From an uncultured Acidobacteriota bacterium (lineage in GTDB: Bacteria; Acidobacteriota; UBA6911): DNA of 64,000 nucleotides. Numbering within the stretch: the first letter of the stretch is position 1; each line of letters begins with the position of its first letter. A program made the position numbers and the translations under genes. The stretch spans positions 33,323-97,322 of the forward strand of contig CAVVHG010000002.1 of the NCBI GenBank assembly GCA_963747985.1, written 5' to 3'. Below, in pieces: positions 47,992 through 58,398 of this stretch. The notes beneath the pieces were generated by a model, which did not search any database, had not been told where the DNA came from, and was given only the letters and a program-made list of their open reading frames with translations.

Positions 47992-50349
47992 ATGATGCCT
48001 ACCCTTTCAAGAGTCGGAAAGCGGGAAGGTCCTTCCAGATCCTGGCTGCGCGATAGTTTCGACAACCTGCGCTGCAGGCTGACCTGGGCAGACGCCCTCG
48101 CCGGCGTCGGGTTGTCCCTGCTGATCGCTGTCCTTCTGACGGGCTTCCGGTTCCAACGCATCCCCGATTACCGGGTGGGAACGGTCGCCGCGCACGAGGT
48201 CAGGGCGCCGCAGAACATAGTCTACGAAGAGGTGGACGCAACAGAACGGAATCGCGCCGCTGCAATGGCTGCCGTTCCTGCGGTCTATGAGCTGGATTGG
48301 CAGATGATCGACGCCAGGGAACAGGACGTGGCGAGATACTTCTCCGCGGCGCGCGCACTGCTGGTCGAGCGCAAGATCCCTGCGACGGGGCCGATTCCCA
48401 AGGACAAAGAGGGTGAAGTGCTGGTCGAGTTGGAGACCCTCGGCGGAGGGAGTGTCCCTCCCGCCTCCTTGCCGGTGCTTCTTAAGTACAGGTTCTCCGT
48501 CGCGCTGGAAGGCCAGCTCGTCAAGACACTCGATGCCCTTCTGCGCGGCGGGATCGTTGCCGACAAAGCCCTGTTTCTCGAGGATCAGCGGACGGGCGTC
48601 GTCCTCCGGGACGGTGTCTCGCCCGTGGAGCGGCCGCTGGCGGAAGGATACAGGGCCCGCGACACCCGGGATGCCCGTGCGCATCTCAGCCAATTCGCAC
48701 TCGAGTTCTACAGCCTGCCTGCGCAGGACCGCGAGCGAGTGCTCGCCTACCTCCAGGGGCTCCTGGCCCCGACCCTCCTGCCGCGGGAGGAGGAATCCCG
48801 CCGCCGCCGGGCGGCTGCTGCGTCGCGGGTCCCGCCTGTCGAGGTGCGCATCAACCAGGGCACCGTGATCGTGCGGAGCGGTGAGGAGGTCACACCGGCC
48901 GTCGCCAAGCAGTTGGACGCCCTGCGCAACGCTCAGCGGCCGCGGTCGATTGCCCGGCAGGCGGTCGGCTTTCTGTTCTTCACGCTGGTCCTGGCCTACG
49001 CGGTCTGGCGCTACTTTGTCTATTACCAGACGCGCCATCGCCAGATAAGAAACCACACCTTGCTCATCCTGCTGGTCCTGATCAGTGTCCTGCTGGTCGT
49101 GAGACTCATGACGGGGCTCGCCGACTTCCTGAGCGATCGGCTTGCCGTCGATGCCTTCCGGGATCCTCTGAACCTGTGTTACGCGATTCCGTTCGCGGCG
49201 GGCGCCATGCTGATCACGCTGCTGGTGGACACCGCCTTCGGGTTCTTTTTTTCGATGATGCTCAGCGTGCTTGTCGGACTCTACTACGGCGATGCCCAGA
49301 TGGCCTCCTACACTCTTCTGGGAAGCCTGACCGCGATTTACAGCGTCCGCCAGTACAAGGATCGGGCAGCGATAGTGAAGGCAGGCTTGACGGTGGGTCT
49401 GGTCAACATTGTGAGTGTGCTCGCGATCGAGTTGCTGCGGCAACCCCCGTTGACGCTACCGGATTTTGCGCCCCAGGCCGGTTTCGCCTATCTCGGGGGA
49501 ATCCTGGCGTCGGCGATGGTTTCCATGATGCTTCCCGCACTGGAATCACTGTTCAAGATTACGACCGACATTCGCCTGCTCGAGTCGTCCAACCTCAACA
49601 CACCGGTTTTGCGGCGTCTCTCGGTGGAAGCTCCCGGGACCTACCATCACAGCCTGATGGTCGGCACCCTCGCGGAGGCGGCGGCGGAGGCGATCGGGGC
49701 CAACCCGCTTGTCGTACGTGTGGGTGCCTACTATCACGACATCGGCAAAATGCTCAGGCCCGAGTATTTCGTCGAGAATCAGGTACATGGTCCCAACGCG
49801 CATGAGACCCTCTCGCCGAACATGAGTTCCCTTATCATCGCCAGCCATGTCAAGGACGGTCTGGCCATGGCCAAGGAACTCCGGCTGGCTCAAGTTATCC
49901 AGGAGATAATCCCGCAGCACCATGGGACTCGGGTGATGACCTACTTCTATCACAAGGCAAAGGGCTCTGCCGAAGGGAAGAACGGTGAAGTAGTCGAGGC
50001 CGACTTCCGGTACCCGGGACCCAAGCCGAAAAGCCGGGAAGCAGCGATCGTCATGATGGCCGACGCCGTCGAAGCGGCTTCGCGCTCCCTGTCGGATCCG
50101 ACGGCTGCCCAGATACAGGGAATGATCCGGCGTTTGATGGAGGCCATCCTCGAAGACAATCAATTCGATGAGTGTGACATCACCCTGCGCGACATTCGGA
50201 TCGTGGAGGAGAGCTTTTTCAAAACGCTGACGGGCGTCTACCATCGGCGCCGCGTGGACTACCCGGGATATGACTTCAGAGAATCCGGAAACGGGGCGGA
50301 GAGGGCAACGGTTCAGGGTACAGGTGTCCAACCGGCAAAGGCGGTTTAG
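47992..50349 (+). CDS. 7TM receptor with intracellular HD hydrolase domain (7TMR-HD, PgpH/YqfF-like)
   Basis: An extracytoplasmic N-domain is followed by 7 TM helices and the HD domain (YHHSLMVGTLAEAAA...GAYYHDIGKM...QHHGT). It is 785 aa and sits in the conserved position upstream of ybeY. Confidence 0.8.
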   Translation: MMPTLSRVGKREGPSRSWLRDSFDNLRCRLTWADALAGVGLSLLIAVLLTGFRFQRIPDYRVGTVAAHEVRAPQNIVYEEVDATERNRAAAMAAVPAVYELDWQMIDAREQDVARYFSAARALLVERKIPATGPIPKDKEGEVLVELETLGGGSVPPASLPVLLKYRFSVALEGQLVKTLDALLRGGIVADKALFLEDQRTGVVLRDGVSPVERPLAEGYRARDTRDARAHLSQFALEFYSLPAQDRERVLAYLQGLLAPTLLPREEESRRRRAAAASRVPPVEVRINQGTVIVRSGEEVTPAVAKQLDALRNAQRPRSIARQAVGFLFFTLVLAYAVWRYFVYYQTRHRQIRNHTLLILLVLISVLLVVRLMTGLADFLSDRLAVDAFRDPLNLCYAIPFAAGAMLITLLVDTAFGFFFSMMLSVLVGLYYGDAQMASYTLLGSLTAIYSVRQYKDRAAIVKAGLTVGLVNIVSVLAIELLRQPPLTLPDFAPQAGFAYLGGILASAMVSMMLPALESLFKITTDIRLLESSNLNTPVLRRLSVEAPGTYHHSLMVGTLAEAAAEAIGANPLVVRVGAYYHDIGKMLRPEYFVENQVHGPNAHETLSPNMSSLIIASHVKDGLAMAKELRLAQVIQEIIPQHHGTRVMTYFYHKAKGSAEGKNGEVVEADFRYPGPKPKSREAAIVMMADAVEAASRSLSDPTAAQIQGMIRRLMEAILEDNQFDECDITLRDIRIVEESFFKTLTGVYHRRRVDYPGYDFRESGNGAERATVQGTGVQPAKAV

Positions 50350-50773
50350 GATCGGTACGGGTTCCATCAGATCATTCTGTGCCGGCATCCTCGACGCCCT
50401 CGGCGCGGAGGCTTGCGAGGTATCTGTCGTCCTGGTGGGCGACAGGACGATGCGGGACCTGAATCGTCGGTTTCGCGGAAGGGACTGCACCACCGACGTC
50501 CTGAGCTTCGAGTACGGTGGCACGGGTGAGAGCGGAGTGCCTCTTCCGGGTGAGATCGTAATCTCTCCCGCAACCGCTCTGCGCCAGGCGCTTCGCTGGC
50601 GCAGCACCCACGACCGCGAGCTGCGTCGACTGCTGGTACACGGCATGCTTCATCTTCTCGGATACGATCACACCGTCGATAGAGGCGAACATCTCGCCGT
50701 GCAGCGGCGACTGCTGCGCCGGCGGTTCGCGTCGTGTGGACCCGCAACCGTGGAAGGGAAGAGGGGCCGATGA
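50270..50773 (+). CDS. ybeY: Endoribonuclease YbeY (rRNA maturation factor)
   Basis: The zinc motif is HGMLHLLGYDH. The true start is probably downstream of 50270, as the ORF-table start overlaps the preceding gene by about 80 nt. Confidence 0.8.
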   Translation: MTSENPETGRRGQRFRVQVSNRQRRFRIGTGSIRSFCAGILDALGAEACEVSVVLVGDRTMRDLNRRFRGRDCTTDVLSFEYGGTGESGVPLPGEIVISPATALRQALRWRSTHDRELRRLLVHGMLHLLGYDHTVDRGEHLAVQRRLLRRRFASCGPATVEGKRGR

Positions 50774-52062
50774 ATGTCGAGATCCTGGAACTTGCGCTCA
50801 TCGGGTTCTGCATCGCGTTCGTGTTCCTTCTGTCGCTCGTTGAAACAGCCCTCACGCAGTCCAGCCAACTTACATTGAGAATGGTTCTCGAGCGTGAGGA
50901 CAAACCTCCGACGCCCTTGATGAACCTGATCATGGAAGATCCGATTCAGGTTTTGATGCCTCTGCACGTCGGAACGCAGTTCGCCACGATCACAATTGCG
51001 ATAGCGACGACCCATCTTTGCCTGGAGCGGTGGGGGGGCTGGGGAGTGGTTTTTGCGCTCCCGATCGTCATCGCGGTTTCCCTGGCCTTTCGCCAGCTCG
51101 TACCGCGGCTTCTTACGCAGAACGACCCGGAGCGGACGGCATTCCGGCTGCTCCGTCTCTACAGCCCGCTCCACGCAGTGCTTGGCTCCATTGCCGGCCC
51201 GCTGTCCCGGGTGCTCAGCTGGTTCAAGCAAGAGCCCGAACCGGCGGCTGCGGGATCTGAGCTGGCTGCCGAAGAGACGGCGGGTGAAGAGTTCCAGGCC
51301 TACCTCGATATCGGTGAGGACGAGGGTATCATCAAAAGAGATGACAGCAAGCTCATCCAGTCGGTGGTGGAGTTCGGGGGCACGCTCACACGGGAGGTGA
51401 TGACGCCGAGAACCGAGATCGTCGCCTGCGATGAAAAATCCACTGTCGGCCAGCTGCGCGATATGATGGTGCGCCACAGGCATTCAAGGATACCCATCTA
51501 CCGGGGGGACCTCGACCATATCGTCGGTGTCGCGCACATTCGCCAGCTCCTGGCGGCCTATGTCCCCGGCAGAGATTCTGACCCCGTTACGGGAGTGATG
51601 CATCCCGCATTCTTCGTGCCCGAGACGAAGCCGGTTTCCTCTCTCCTCAAGGAAATGCAGCAGCGGGGTGACCAGGCCGCCGTCGTGATCGATGAATTCG
51701 GCGGAGTCTCGGGGATCGCCACGATGAAAGATCTCCTCGAGGAAATCGTAGGGGAGATCCGCGACGAGGATCAGGCGGCTGTGGTGGAGATCGCGGAGGA
51801 AGGGCCATCGAGTTTCATTTTCAGGGGTGGCGCGGAATTGGATCGTCTGCGCGAGCTGGCAGGCAGGAAGTTCGAAGGCTATGACAGCTCGACCGTCGCA
51901 GGGCTGGTGGTTGCGTTTCTCGGGCGCGTCCCGGCGCCGGGCGAAGAGTTCGATATCGAGGATGTCCGCTTCCGGATTCTGGAGGCTGACCGAAAAAGGG
52001 TGCGCCGGATCCGTGTCCGCCTTCCTGCTTCCGCCGCGGAGACGCCGCAGGCGCAGAGCTGA
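50770..52062 (+). CDS. CNNM/CorC-HlyC family protein (DUF21 TM domain, CBS pair and CorC_HlyC domain)
   Basis: MNVEILELALIGFCIAFVFLLSLVETAL is the DUF21 start. The CBS region includes RIPIYRGDLDHIVGVAHIRQLL, followed by a C-terminal transporter-associated domain. Confidence 0.85.
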   Translation: MNVEILELALIGFCIAFVFLLSLVETALTQSSQLTLRMVLEREDKPPTPLMNLIMEDPIQVLMPLHVGTQFATITIAIATTHLCLERWGGWGVVFALPIVIAVSLAFRQLVPRLLTQNDPERTAFRLLRLYSPLHAVLGSIAGPLSRVLSWFKQEPEPAAAGSELAAEETAGEEFQAYLDIGEDEGIIKRDDSKLIQSVVEFGGTLTREVMTPRTEIVACDEKSTVGQLRDMMVRHRHSRIPIYRGDLDHIVGVAHIRQLLAAYVPGRDSDPVTGVMHPAFFVPETKPVSSLLKEMQQRGDQAAVVIDEFGGVSGIATMKDLLEEIVGEIRDEDQAAVVEIAEEGPSSFIFRGGAELDRLRELAGRKFEGYDSSTVAGLVVAFLGRVPAPGEEFDIEDVRFRILEADRKRVRRIRVRLPASAAETPQAQS

Positions 52063-52136
52063 TGATATGAATCCAGCCCGGATATCGATCATGCTCCGCG
52101 CACGCTGCGCCTCAGCGGTTAGTGGCCTGATCGCCC

Positions 52137-53321
52137 ATGCCTGCTGAAGACCGAAAGTTCATGCTGGAGGCGTTGGAACTCGCGAGGCGTGGAGTGGGCC
52201 TCGCTTCGCCTAACCCGACGGTCGGATGCGTGATTGTACGGGAGGGTTCGATCATCGGGCGTGGTTTTCACGAGTACGGGCTCATGGACCACGCGGAGGT
52301 GCGCGCCGTCCGCGAAGCGGGTCGCCGGGTGCGGGGAGCCACTGCCTATGTCACGCTCGAGCCTTGCTGTCACCACGGACGGACGCCTCCGTGCGCCGAT
52401 CTGCTCGTTCGATCGGGCGTCTCACGCGTTGTCGTCGCCGCGCGAGATCCGAACCCGCAGGTTAACGGCCGGGGCATCGATCGGATCCGCGCAGCGGGGA
52501 TCCCGGTGGATATCGGGATCCTTCGCAGCCGGGCCGAGAGGATCATCGAGCCCTTTGCCTGTCACGTGACAACCGGGCGCCCGCTGGTCGTGGCCAAAGC
52601 CGGCATGACTCTGGACGGACGCATCGGCTTGCGCGGCCAGGGGCGCCTGCACATCACCTCGCCCGAGGCGGCACAATTCACGCAGGCCCTGCGCCACGAG
52701 CTGGACGCCTTGCTGGTAGGAGTCGGCACCGTACTGGAAGATGACCCGGAGTTGACCTGCCGGGGCACGATGCCGAGAGGCCGCGGCCTGATCCGCGTCA
52801 TCCTGGACAGCCGGCTGAGGACGCCGCAGACCGCGCGAGTCCTCGCCGACACATCAAACCCTGTGCTCTTCTACTGCGCTGCCGATGCGGGGGTGCAACG
52901 CCGGCGCCGCCTCGAGGGACGCGGAGCCGAGGTGGTTGTAGTCCCGCGATCCAGGGGGAGGCTGTCGCTGGGCCATGTACTCGAGGATCTCGGTCGCCGA
53001 GATGTTCTCGGCCTCTTGGTGGAGGGGGGGAGCTCGATCCACTGGTCCTTTCTCTCACTGGGAGCCGTGGACAAGTTCTACTTCATCCTCTCGCCATCGC
53101 TGCTTGGAGGCCGGAAGGCGGTACCCGTAGTCGGCGGCAGCGGATTCTCCGATCTCGCAACAGCGCCCCGGTTCAACATCGCACGAATCAGCCGCATGGG
53201 CGGAGATGTCATACTCGAGGCGTACCCGAGCTGTTCCAGGTCAATCATCTCACCCTGGCTTCGTTCAGGAGCGCACCCATATTCCGGGCGACCATCCCGC
53301 CCGCCATCGCCGCGGAAATGA
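52137..53321 (+). CDS. ribD: Bifunctional riboflavin biosynthesis protein RibD (deaminase/reductase)
   Basis: The CDA-fold zinc motifs are HAEVRAV and PCCHHGRTPPC. The reductase domain includes VVAKAGMTLDGRIG. The C-terminal tail runs 77 nt into the convergent thiE. Confidence 0.85.
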   Translation: MPAEDRKFMLEALELARRGVGLASPNPTVGCVIVREGSIIGRGFHEYGLMDHAEVRAVREAGRRVRGATAYVTLEPCCHHGRTPPCADLLVRSGVSRVVVAARDPNPQVNGRGIDRIRAAGIPVDIGILRSRAERIIEPFACHVTTGRPLVVAKAGMTLDGRIGLRGQGRLHITSPEAAQFTQALRHELDALLVGVGTVLEDDPELTCRGTMPRGRGLIRVILDSRLRTPQTARVLADTSNPVLFYCAADAGVQRRRRLEGRGAEVVVVPRSRGRLSLGHVLEDLGRRDVLGLLVEGGSSIHWSFLSLGAVDKFYFILSPSLLGGRKAVPVVGGSGFSDLATAPRFNIARISRMGGDVILEAYPSCSRSIISPWLRSGAHPYSGRPSRPPSPRK

Positions 53322-53874
53322 CCGCGGCGCTCGTCGCCCCGGCTTCCAGTACCTCGCGAATCTTTCCGGCACCGATACCGCCGATCGCCACGACCGGCCA
53401 AACTGCTGCGGCACAGGCGGCCCTCAGCCGGCGCACACCGGCAACCGGGGATGCCGCGTCTTTCGTCGAGGTCGCATAGACAGGGCCAAAGCCGATATAG
53501 TCGATCGGGAGCCCCGCTGAAGCATGCACCTGGCGGAGGTTGTGCGTGGAGAGCCCGATGACCCGTTTGCGCCCCATCAATGTCCTGGCCGCCGCGGCGG
53601 GCAGGTCGTCCTGGCCCAGGTGAACCGCATGCGCGCCGCAGCAGAGCGCAAGGTCGCACCGGTCGTTCACGATCAGCTCTACACCGCGTGCCACGGCGAA
53701 CTCGACGCACCGCCGCAGATCGGCGAGAAGTTCGTCGAGCGGGGTTTCTTTGTCGCGGATCTGTACGAGAGTCGCCCCACCCCTCACCAGCTCCTTCAGG
53801 ATCTCAAGATGGCTGTTCAATCCCGACAGCCGCTTGTCGGTGATCGGGTAGACCGGCGGAAGCTGCAACTTCAT
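53245..53874 (-). CDS. thiE: Thiamine-phosphate synthase
   Basis: The ORF starts MKLQLPPVYPITDKRL and contains GATLVQIRDKE and GFGPVYATSTK. It is 209 aa. Confidence 0.85.
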   Translation of the reverse strand: MKLQLPPVYPITDKRLSGLNSHLEILKELVRGGATLVQIRDKETPLDELLADLRRCVEFAVARGVELIVNDRCDLALCCGAHAVHLGQDDLPAAAARTLMGRKRVIGLSTHNLRQVHASAGLPIDYIGFGPVYATSTKDAASPVAGVRRLRAACAAAVWPVVAIGGIGAGKIREVLEAGATSAAVISAAMAGGMVARNMGALLNEARVR

Positions 53875-53982
53875 GCGTCCTCCAGGCGGACCTGTTCGCA
53901 GGTCGGTATTCGCATTGGGAATCGAGATTATCGTTCATCGAGGCAGGCAGAATCCCGCGGGGCGAAGTCCTGCCGATCGGCG

Positions 53983-55323
53983 CTATCGGGGGAAGAAACG
54001 TTCGAGGTAATGGGTGTCGATTCTGCCCTCCCGGAAGCTGGAATCTGCCAGGATCCGCTGATGAAGCGGTATCGTTGTTTTGACTCCTTCAACGATCATC
54101 ATTTCGAGAGCCCGTTCCATCCGCTTGATCGCCTCGCCGCGGTTGTTCCCGTAGCTGATGACCTTGGCGATAAGTGAGTCGTAATAAGGAGATATGACGC
54201 AATCGGTGTGCGCGGCCGTGTCCAGCCTGATGCCGAGGCCGGTCGGCGGGTGAAAAGCGGTGATCTTGCCGGGGCAAGGCATGAATGTCTGGGGGCACTC
54301 CGCATTGATCCTGCACTCGATGGCCCAGCCCCTGAACTTGATGTCTTCCTGAGACAGCCCGAGCTTCTGGCGGTCCGCGACCTGGATCTGTTCCTTCACC
54401 ATGTCCAGCCCGGTCACCAGCTCTGTCACCGGGTGTTCCACCTGGATTCGGGTGTTCATTTCCATGAAGTAGTAGCGTCCCTCTTCATCGAAGAGAAACT
54501 CCATGGTTCCGGCACTCGAGTAGTTCACGCTCCGCGCAGCTGCGGCCGCGAGCGATCCGACCTCTTCGCGCAGCTCCGGCGTCAGGTATGTGGAGGGCGC
54601 CTCTTCCAGCAGCTTCTGGTGGCGACGCTGGATAGAACATTCCCTCTCTCCAAGGTGTATCACGTTGCCGTGTTGATCGGCGAGGATCTGGAACTCGATA
54701 TGGCGCGACTTCGAGAGGTATTTCTCGAGATAGACATCCGGGACACCGAAGGCGGCCTGCGCTTCCGTCTGAGCCAGCTCCACGGCAGCCGCCAACTCTT
54801 CGGCCGAGCTGACAATCCGCATCCCCTTACCCCCGCCGCCCGCCGCAGCCTTTATGATCAGCGGGTAGCCGACCTGTTCTGCCGCCGGAAGCACGGCGCT
54901 GATCGGGCCCTGCAGCTTGTCGGTGCCCGGAATGATGGGAAGCCCCGCTTCATGCATCGTCTTGCGCGCCCTGTCCTTGTCACCCATGAGGCGGATGACC
55001 TCCGGCGAGGGCCCGATGAAGGTAAGTCCGCAAGCCTCGCAAACCTCTGCGAAATAGGCGCTTTCTGCCAGGAATCCATACCCGGGATGGATGGCGTCCG
55101 CATTGGAGATTTCCGCGGCACTGATGACGGCCGGTATGTTCAGGTAGCTCTCGCTGCTGGCCGGCGGTCCGATGCAGATCGCTTCATCGGCGAACCGGAC
55201 GTGCAGGGAGTCCCGATCGGCCTCCGAATATACCGCAACCGTGGGAACTCCTAATTCCTTACAGGCGTGAATGATACGAAGCGCGATCTCACCACGGTTG
55301 GCTATGAGTATTTTGCGAAACAT
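53983..55323 (-). CDS. accC: Biotin carboxylase subunit of acetyl-CoA carboxylase
   Basis: The ORF starts [21 protein letters not shown] and has an ATP-grasp domain. It is 447 aa from the internal Met; the ORF table begins at 55416. Confidence 0.9.
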   Translation of the reverse strand: MFRKILIANRGEIALRIIHACKELGVPTVAVYSEADRDSLHVRFADEAICIGPPASSESYLNIPAVISAAEISNADAIHPGYGFLAESAYFAEVCEACGLTFIGPSPEVIRLMGDKDRARKTMHEAGLPIIPGTDKLQGPISAVLPAAEQVGYPLIIKAAAGGGGKGMRIVSSAEELAAAVELAQTEAQAAFGVPDVYLEKYLSKSRHIEFQILADQHGNVIHLGERECSIQRRHQKLLEEAPSTYLTPELREEVGSLAAAAARSVNYSSAGTMEFLFDEEGRYYFMEMNTRIQVEHPVTELVTGLDMVKEQIQVADRQKLGLSQEDIKFRGWAIECRINAECPQTFMPCPGKITAFHPPTGLGIRLDTAAHTDCVISPYYDSLIAKVISYGNNRGEAIKRMERALEMMIVEGVKTTIPLHQRILADSSFREGRIDTHYLERFFPR

Positions 55324-55339
55324 TATGGCCTTGCCCGGT

Positions 55340-55822
55340 CTACTTCCGCGGACGGATGCCGAAGAGTCTCTGGCCGTACTCCACAGGGTGGCCATTTTCG
55401 ACGTAAATCTTTTCAATAACGCCGGCGGTGTCCGACGGGATCTCGTTCATCAGCTTCATCGCTTCGACGATGCACAGAATCTTGCCTTCTTCGACCATGT
55501 CTCCGATCTTCACGTAGCTCTCCGCGCCAGGTGAGGGAGCCCGGTAGAAGGTGCCGACGATGGGAGACGTGATGATATGTAATCCGCTTTCAGCCTGCTC
55601 CTCCGGCAGCGCGGCGGAGGGGGCGACTCGCTCGGCCGTGACAACCTGCGACTCGAGCGCCGGAGCGTTGGCGATCGGATCATGCCCGGTTGCCCTGACC
55701 GCATGCACTCTCTGCCTCCCGCGCCTGATCTTGATCTTGGTTCCGGTCTGCTCCAATTCGAATTCGGAAATATCGCTCAGCAGGATTTCCTGGATCAGGT
55801 CCTTCACTTCTTTTATGTTCAT
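55340..55822 (-). CDS. accB: Biotin carboxyl carrier protein
   Basis: The biotinyl-lysine motif is EAMKLMNEI. Confidence 0.9.
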   Translation of the reverse strand: MNIKEVKDLIQEILLSDISEFELEQTGTKIKIRRGRQRVHAVRATGHDPIANAPALESQVVTAERVAPSAALPEEQAESGLHIITSPIVGTFYRAPSPGAESYVKIGDMVEEGKILCIVEAMKLMNEIPSDTAGVIEKIYVENGHPVEYGQRLFGIRPRK

Positions 55823-56116
55823 TGTATTGCGCGCTCACTCTTGGTGCGGAATCATCAGGGCGGTAACTCCCCAGATCCGTTGGCGACAGCCGCCGGGGAT
55901 TCAGACCCCCAGATTAGCTGTTTGATCGTCTTTTCGAGCGGCGACAACCACCGAACAAAGAAAAAGCCAAATCAATCTGCGCTTGCCGCCCACTTGCGCC
56001 CACACAGCCTGCACAATGGCGCCTATCATAACACCGCGCTTCGGGGTTGTAAAGAAAGGAGGTTGTGGGGCCTCGCTGGTGGCCGGTCGTAGGTTGGCAG
56101 GACGGAAGCGGTGGTT

Positions 56117-56163
56117 GGCATCGGCCGGTGACCGGCTGCACTTGCCGGCCAACGGCCGATGCC
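56117..56163 (-). terminator. Compound GC-rich hairpin immediately downstream of pilQ
   Basis: A perfect 11-bp inverted repeat (GGCATCGGCCG and CGGCCGATGCC) encloses an inner CCGGC/GCCGG stem. There is no U-tract, so this is a candidate terminator or RNA-stability element. Confidence 0.45.
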
Positions 56164-56180
56164 GATGATCGCGGGAACTT

Positions 56181-58388
56181 CTACTTGACGATCCTGGGAG
56201 TAATGAAGAACAGGACTTCTTCGGTGGAATGGGAAACCATGTTGCGCTTGAACAGGTAACCGATGACCGGGAGATCGCCCAGCCCCGGGACCTTATCCAC
56301 CTCGCTCGTCTCGTTGTCCATGAGAATGCCGCCGATGACGGTGGTGCCGCCGTCGCTGACCAGCACGCGTGTCGCAGATTCACTTGTGCGGATGGAGGGG
56401 ATCCCGTTCACTGCCTGTGAGAAGTCGGGTGTGTTGTTTTCAACCTTCAAGTCCAAAACGATGTTGCCCTCGTAGGTAATCTGAGGGGTAACCGTGAGCG
56501 TCAGGGCGGCGTTCTGGAATTGGACCGTGACTGTGTTGTTGGCGACGATCTGGACAGGGAATCTCAATCCCTGGGTGATCGTGGCCGCGCTGTTGTTCTG
56601 TGCCGTGACTTTGGGCTGCGAGATCAGTTTCGCCAGGCCCTTGCTCTCGCCGGCGGTGATGGCAGCGTCGAGCATGAAAGTGTCGAAAATATTGCCGACT
56701 GACACGCCGAGGCCCCCGAAGGGTGTCAGCGACGGGAGGTTCACATTCCAGTTGCCCGCGTTGTTCGATCCCATTCCGGTGCTGGTGCCGCCCGACTCGG
56801 TGGCCTGCGCCTGGGAAGCGCCTCGGCCTGTGAAGGGGTTGCCCCCGGCATAGGTGTTCTTCGGCGTTGCTGACGGCCTTGTCCCGCCGATGGTGCCGAA
56901 CGTGTTCGGCCCGCCAACGGTCACCCTTTCGAGGTTTCCGGCGACGAACCCGAACTGCACGCCGATATCGCGGGCGAAGTCGCGGGTGGAGGAAACGATG
57001 CGCGCCTCGATCTCCACCTGCGGCTGCGGCACATCTAGTTTCTCAATAAGAGCAGTCATCTTGTCCAGGGTGGAGGGCAGGTCCGTCAGCAGCAGGGAAT
57101 TGGTCCTTTCGTCGATGACGACGATGCCGCGTACCGTCTTCTGGTCGATTACGGTGTTGAGCATCTCGGCCGCTTTCGCGTAGTTGAGGCGTTTTACGCG
57201 GGTCTCGACATCGGCGGCCAGCAGGTTGGCCTTCTTGAGGGCCTCCCGCTGCTTAGCCTCTTCCTGCAGGGTGGATTTCCTGGCGATCCTCACCAGGTTG
57301 CCTTCAACCTGCTTGTCGAGGCCGTTGTTGGCCAGTGCGGCGTCGAAAATCTGGTCCCACGGGACTTTCACGACCTTGATGGAAATGTTGCCTTTGATCT
57401 CCGGGTCCAGGACTATGTTGATTCCGCCTTCCTCTGCCATCAGCCGGAAGAAATCCACCAGGGAGATGTCGATCAGGTCCAGGGTCAAGGGCTGCCCGGC
57501 GTAGTTGGACGGTCGCGCCGGGCCGACATTTACGGTCCTGGCAGGGGATGGGTTGGCCGGAGGCGCCGGTAAGGGAGGCGCTGGCGGGGGTGCGACGGGG
57601 GTCGGCTGGGGTCTGGCCCCGGCCACGGCGCTGCTTAACGAACTGAGGGGTATCTCGGCGGCGGAGAGATCCCGTATCACCGGAGTTGTGGCCTTCTTCG
57701 GGCCGTAAGCCTCGGCAGGTGCCTTCGCTGAAGCCTTAGCCTCCGTGGGTTCCGCCGTCTTGCCGCTTTCAGAAGTTACGGAAGTACTCTTGCCGGTGGC
57801 CGGGATGGGCGCCTTGGCCTGAGCCGCAGCGGGTACGTCGGACCCGGGATCCGGGAACACGACACGGACAGATCGGTCGTCCACGACGACCTCGGGCTTC
57901 CCATGGTTTTCGTCGAGGTCGACGACCATGCGCGCAATCTTGGGTTCGGAGCTCTGGAACTGCCGCAGCCGGACCTTCTTCACGCCCGAGGCGTCGACCT
58001 TCAGGTCAAAGTAGGGGGAGGCCAATTCGGCGTTCCGGAGGTCAACGACAAGCCGCGGGGGATTAGGGATCAGGGATTCCTGATGCGAGATTGGCCCGCT
58101 CGCAGCCACCGATATGGTCAGTTTGCCCGCCTCCTGCGCAGAGGTTACGTCGGTAATGGCGACAACTGGTGAGGCGGCCATCTTCTTCGGGAGGCCTGGT
58201 GTCGTCTTGGCTCCTGACAGGTTCGCCGGTTCGACGCTGGCCGGAGGCTGAAAAGTCCCCGACGGCTTCTGACCATCTCCCTCGAAACCAAAGGCCAGCA
58301 CAGCCAAAGATAACGTGGAAACGACCGCAAGAAATCCGAATGGATGAGAGAATCTCAGATCTCTAAGTCCGATAAATCGCATATTCAT
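56181..58388 (-). CDS. pilQ: Type IV pilus secretin PilQ (AMIN domains, Pro/Ala linker and secretin domain)
   Basis: The C-terminal secretin signature is VLVSDGGTTVIGGI...VPGLGDLPVIGYLFK. An N0/secretin_N region is present (SLLLTDLPSTLDKMTALIEKLD). It is 735 aa. Confidence 0.85.
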   Translation of the reverse strand: MNMRFIGLRDLRFSHPFGFLAVVSTLSLAVLAFGFEGDGQKPSGTFQPPASVEPANLSGAKTTPGLPKKMAASPVVAITDVTSAQEAGKLTISVAASGPISHQESLIPNPPRLVVDLRNAELASPYFDLKVDASGVKKVRLRQFQSSEPKIARMVVDLDENHGKPEVVVDDRSVRVVFPDPGSDVPAAAQAKAPIPATGKSTSVTSESGKTAEPTEAKASAKAPAEAYGPKKATTPVIRDLSAAEIPLSSLSSAVAGARPQPTPVAPPPAPPLPAPPANPSPARTVNVGPARPSNYAGQPLTLDLIDISLVDFFRLMAEEGGINIVLDPEIKGNISIKVVKVPWDQIFDAALANNGLDKQVEGNLVRIARKSTLQEEAKQREALKKANLLAADVETRVKRLNYAKAAEMLNTVIDQKTVRGIVVIDERTNSLLLTDLPSTLDKMTALIEKLDVPQPQVEIEARIVSSTRDFARDIGVQFGFVAGNLERVTVGGPNTFGTIGGTRPSATPKNTYAGGNPFTGRGASQAQATESGGTSTGMGSNNAGNWNVNLPSLTPFGGLGVSVGNIFDTFMLDAAITAGESKGLAKLISQPKVTAQNNSAATITQGLRFPVQIVANNTVTVQFQNAALTLTVTPQITYEGNIVLDLKVENNTPDFSQAVNGIPSIRTSESATRVLVSDGGTTVIGGILMDNETSEVDKVPGLGDLPVIGYLFKRNMVSHSTEEVLFFITPRIVK

Positions 58389-58398
58389 ACCGGGAATC

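Noticed and set aside
48007-49443. 478-aa minus-strand ORF
   Set aside because: It is antisense to the 7TM-HD gene.
52063-52136. FMN riboswitch upstream of ribD
   Set aside because: The intergenic region is only about 75 nt, which is too short for an FMN element, and no conserved FMN-box segments are present.
53875-53982. Possible TPP riboswitch upstream of thiE
   Set aside because: I read the minus-strand sequence and found no CUGAGA / ACCUGAUC / UGAGA-type TPP core motifs, only GC-rich hairpins. thiE is probably co-transcribed with accBC or has an ordinary promoter.
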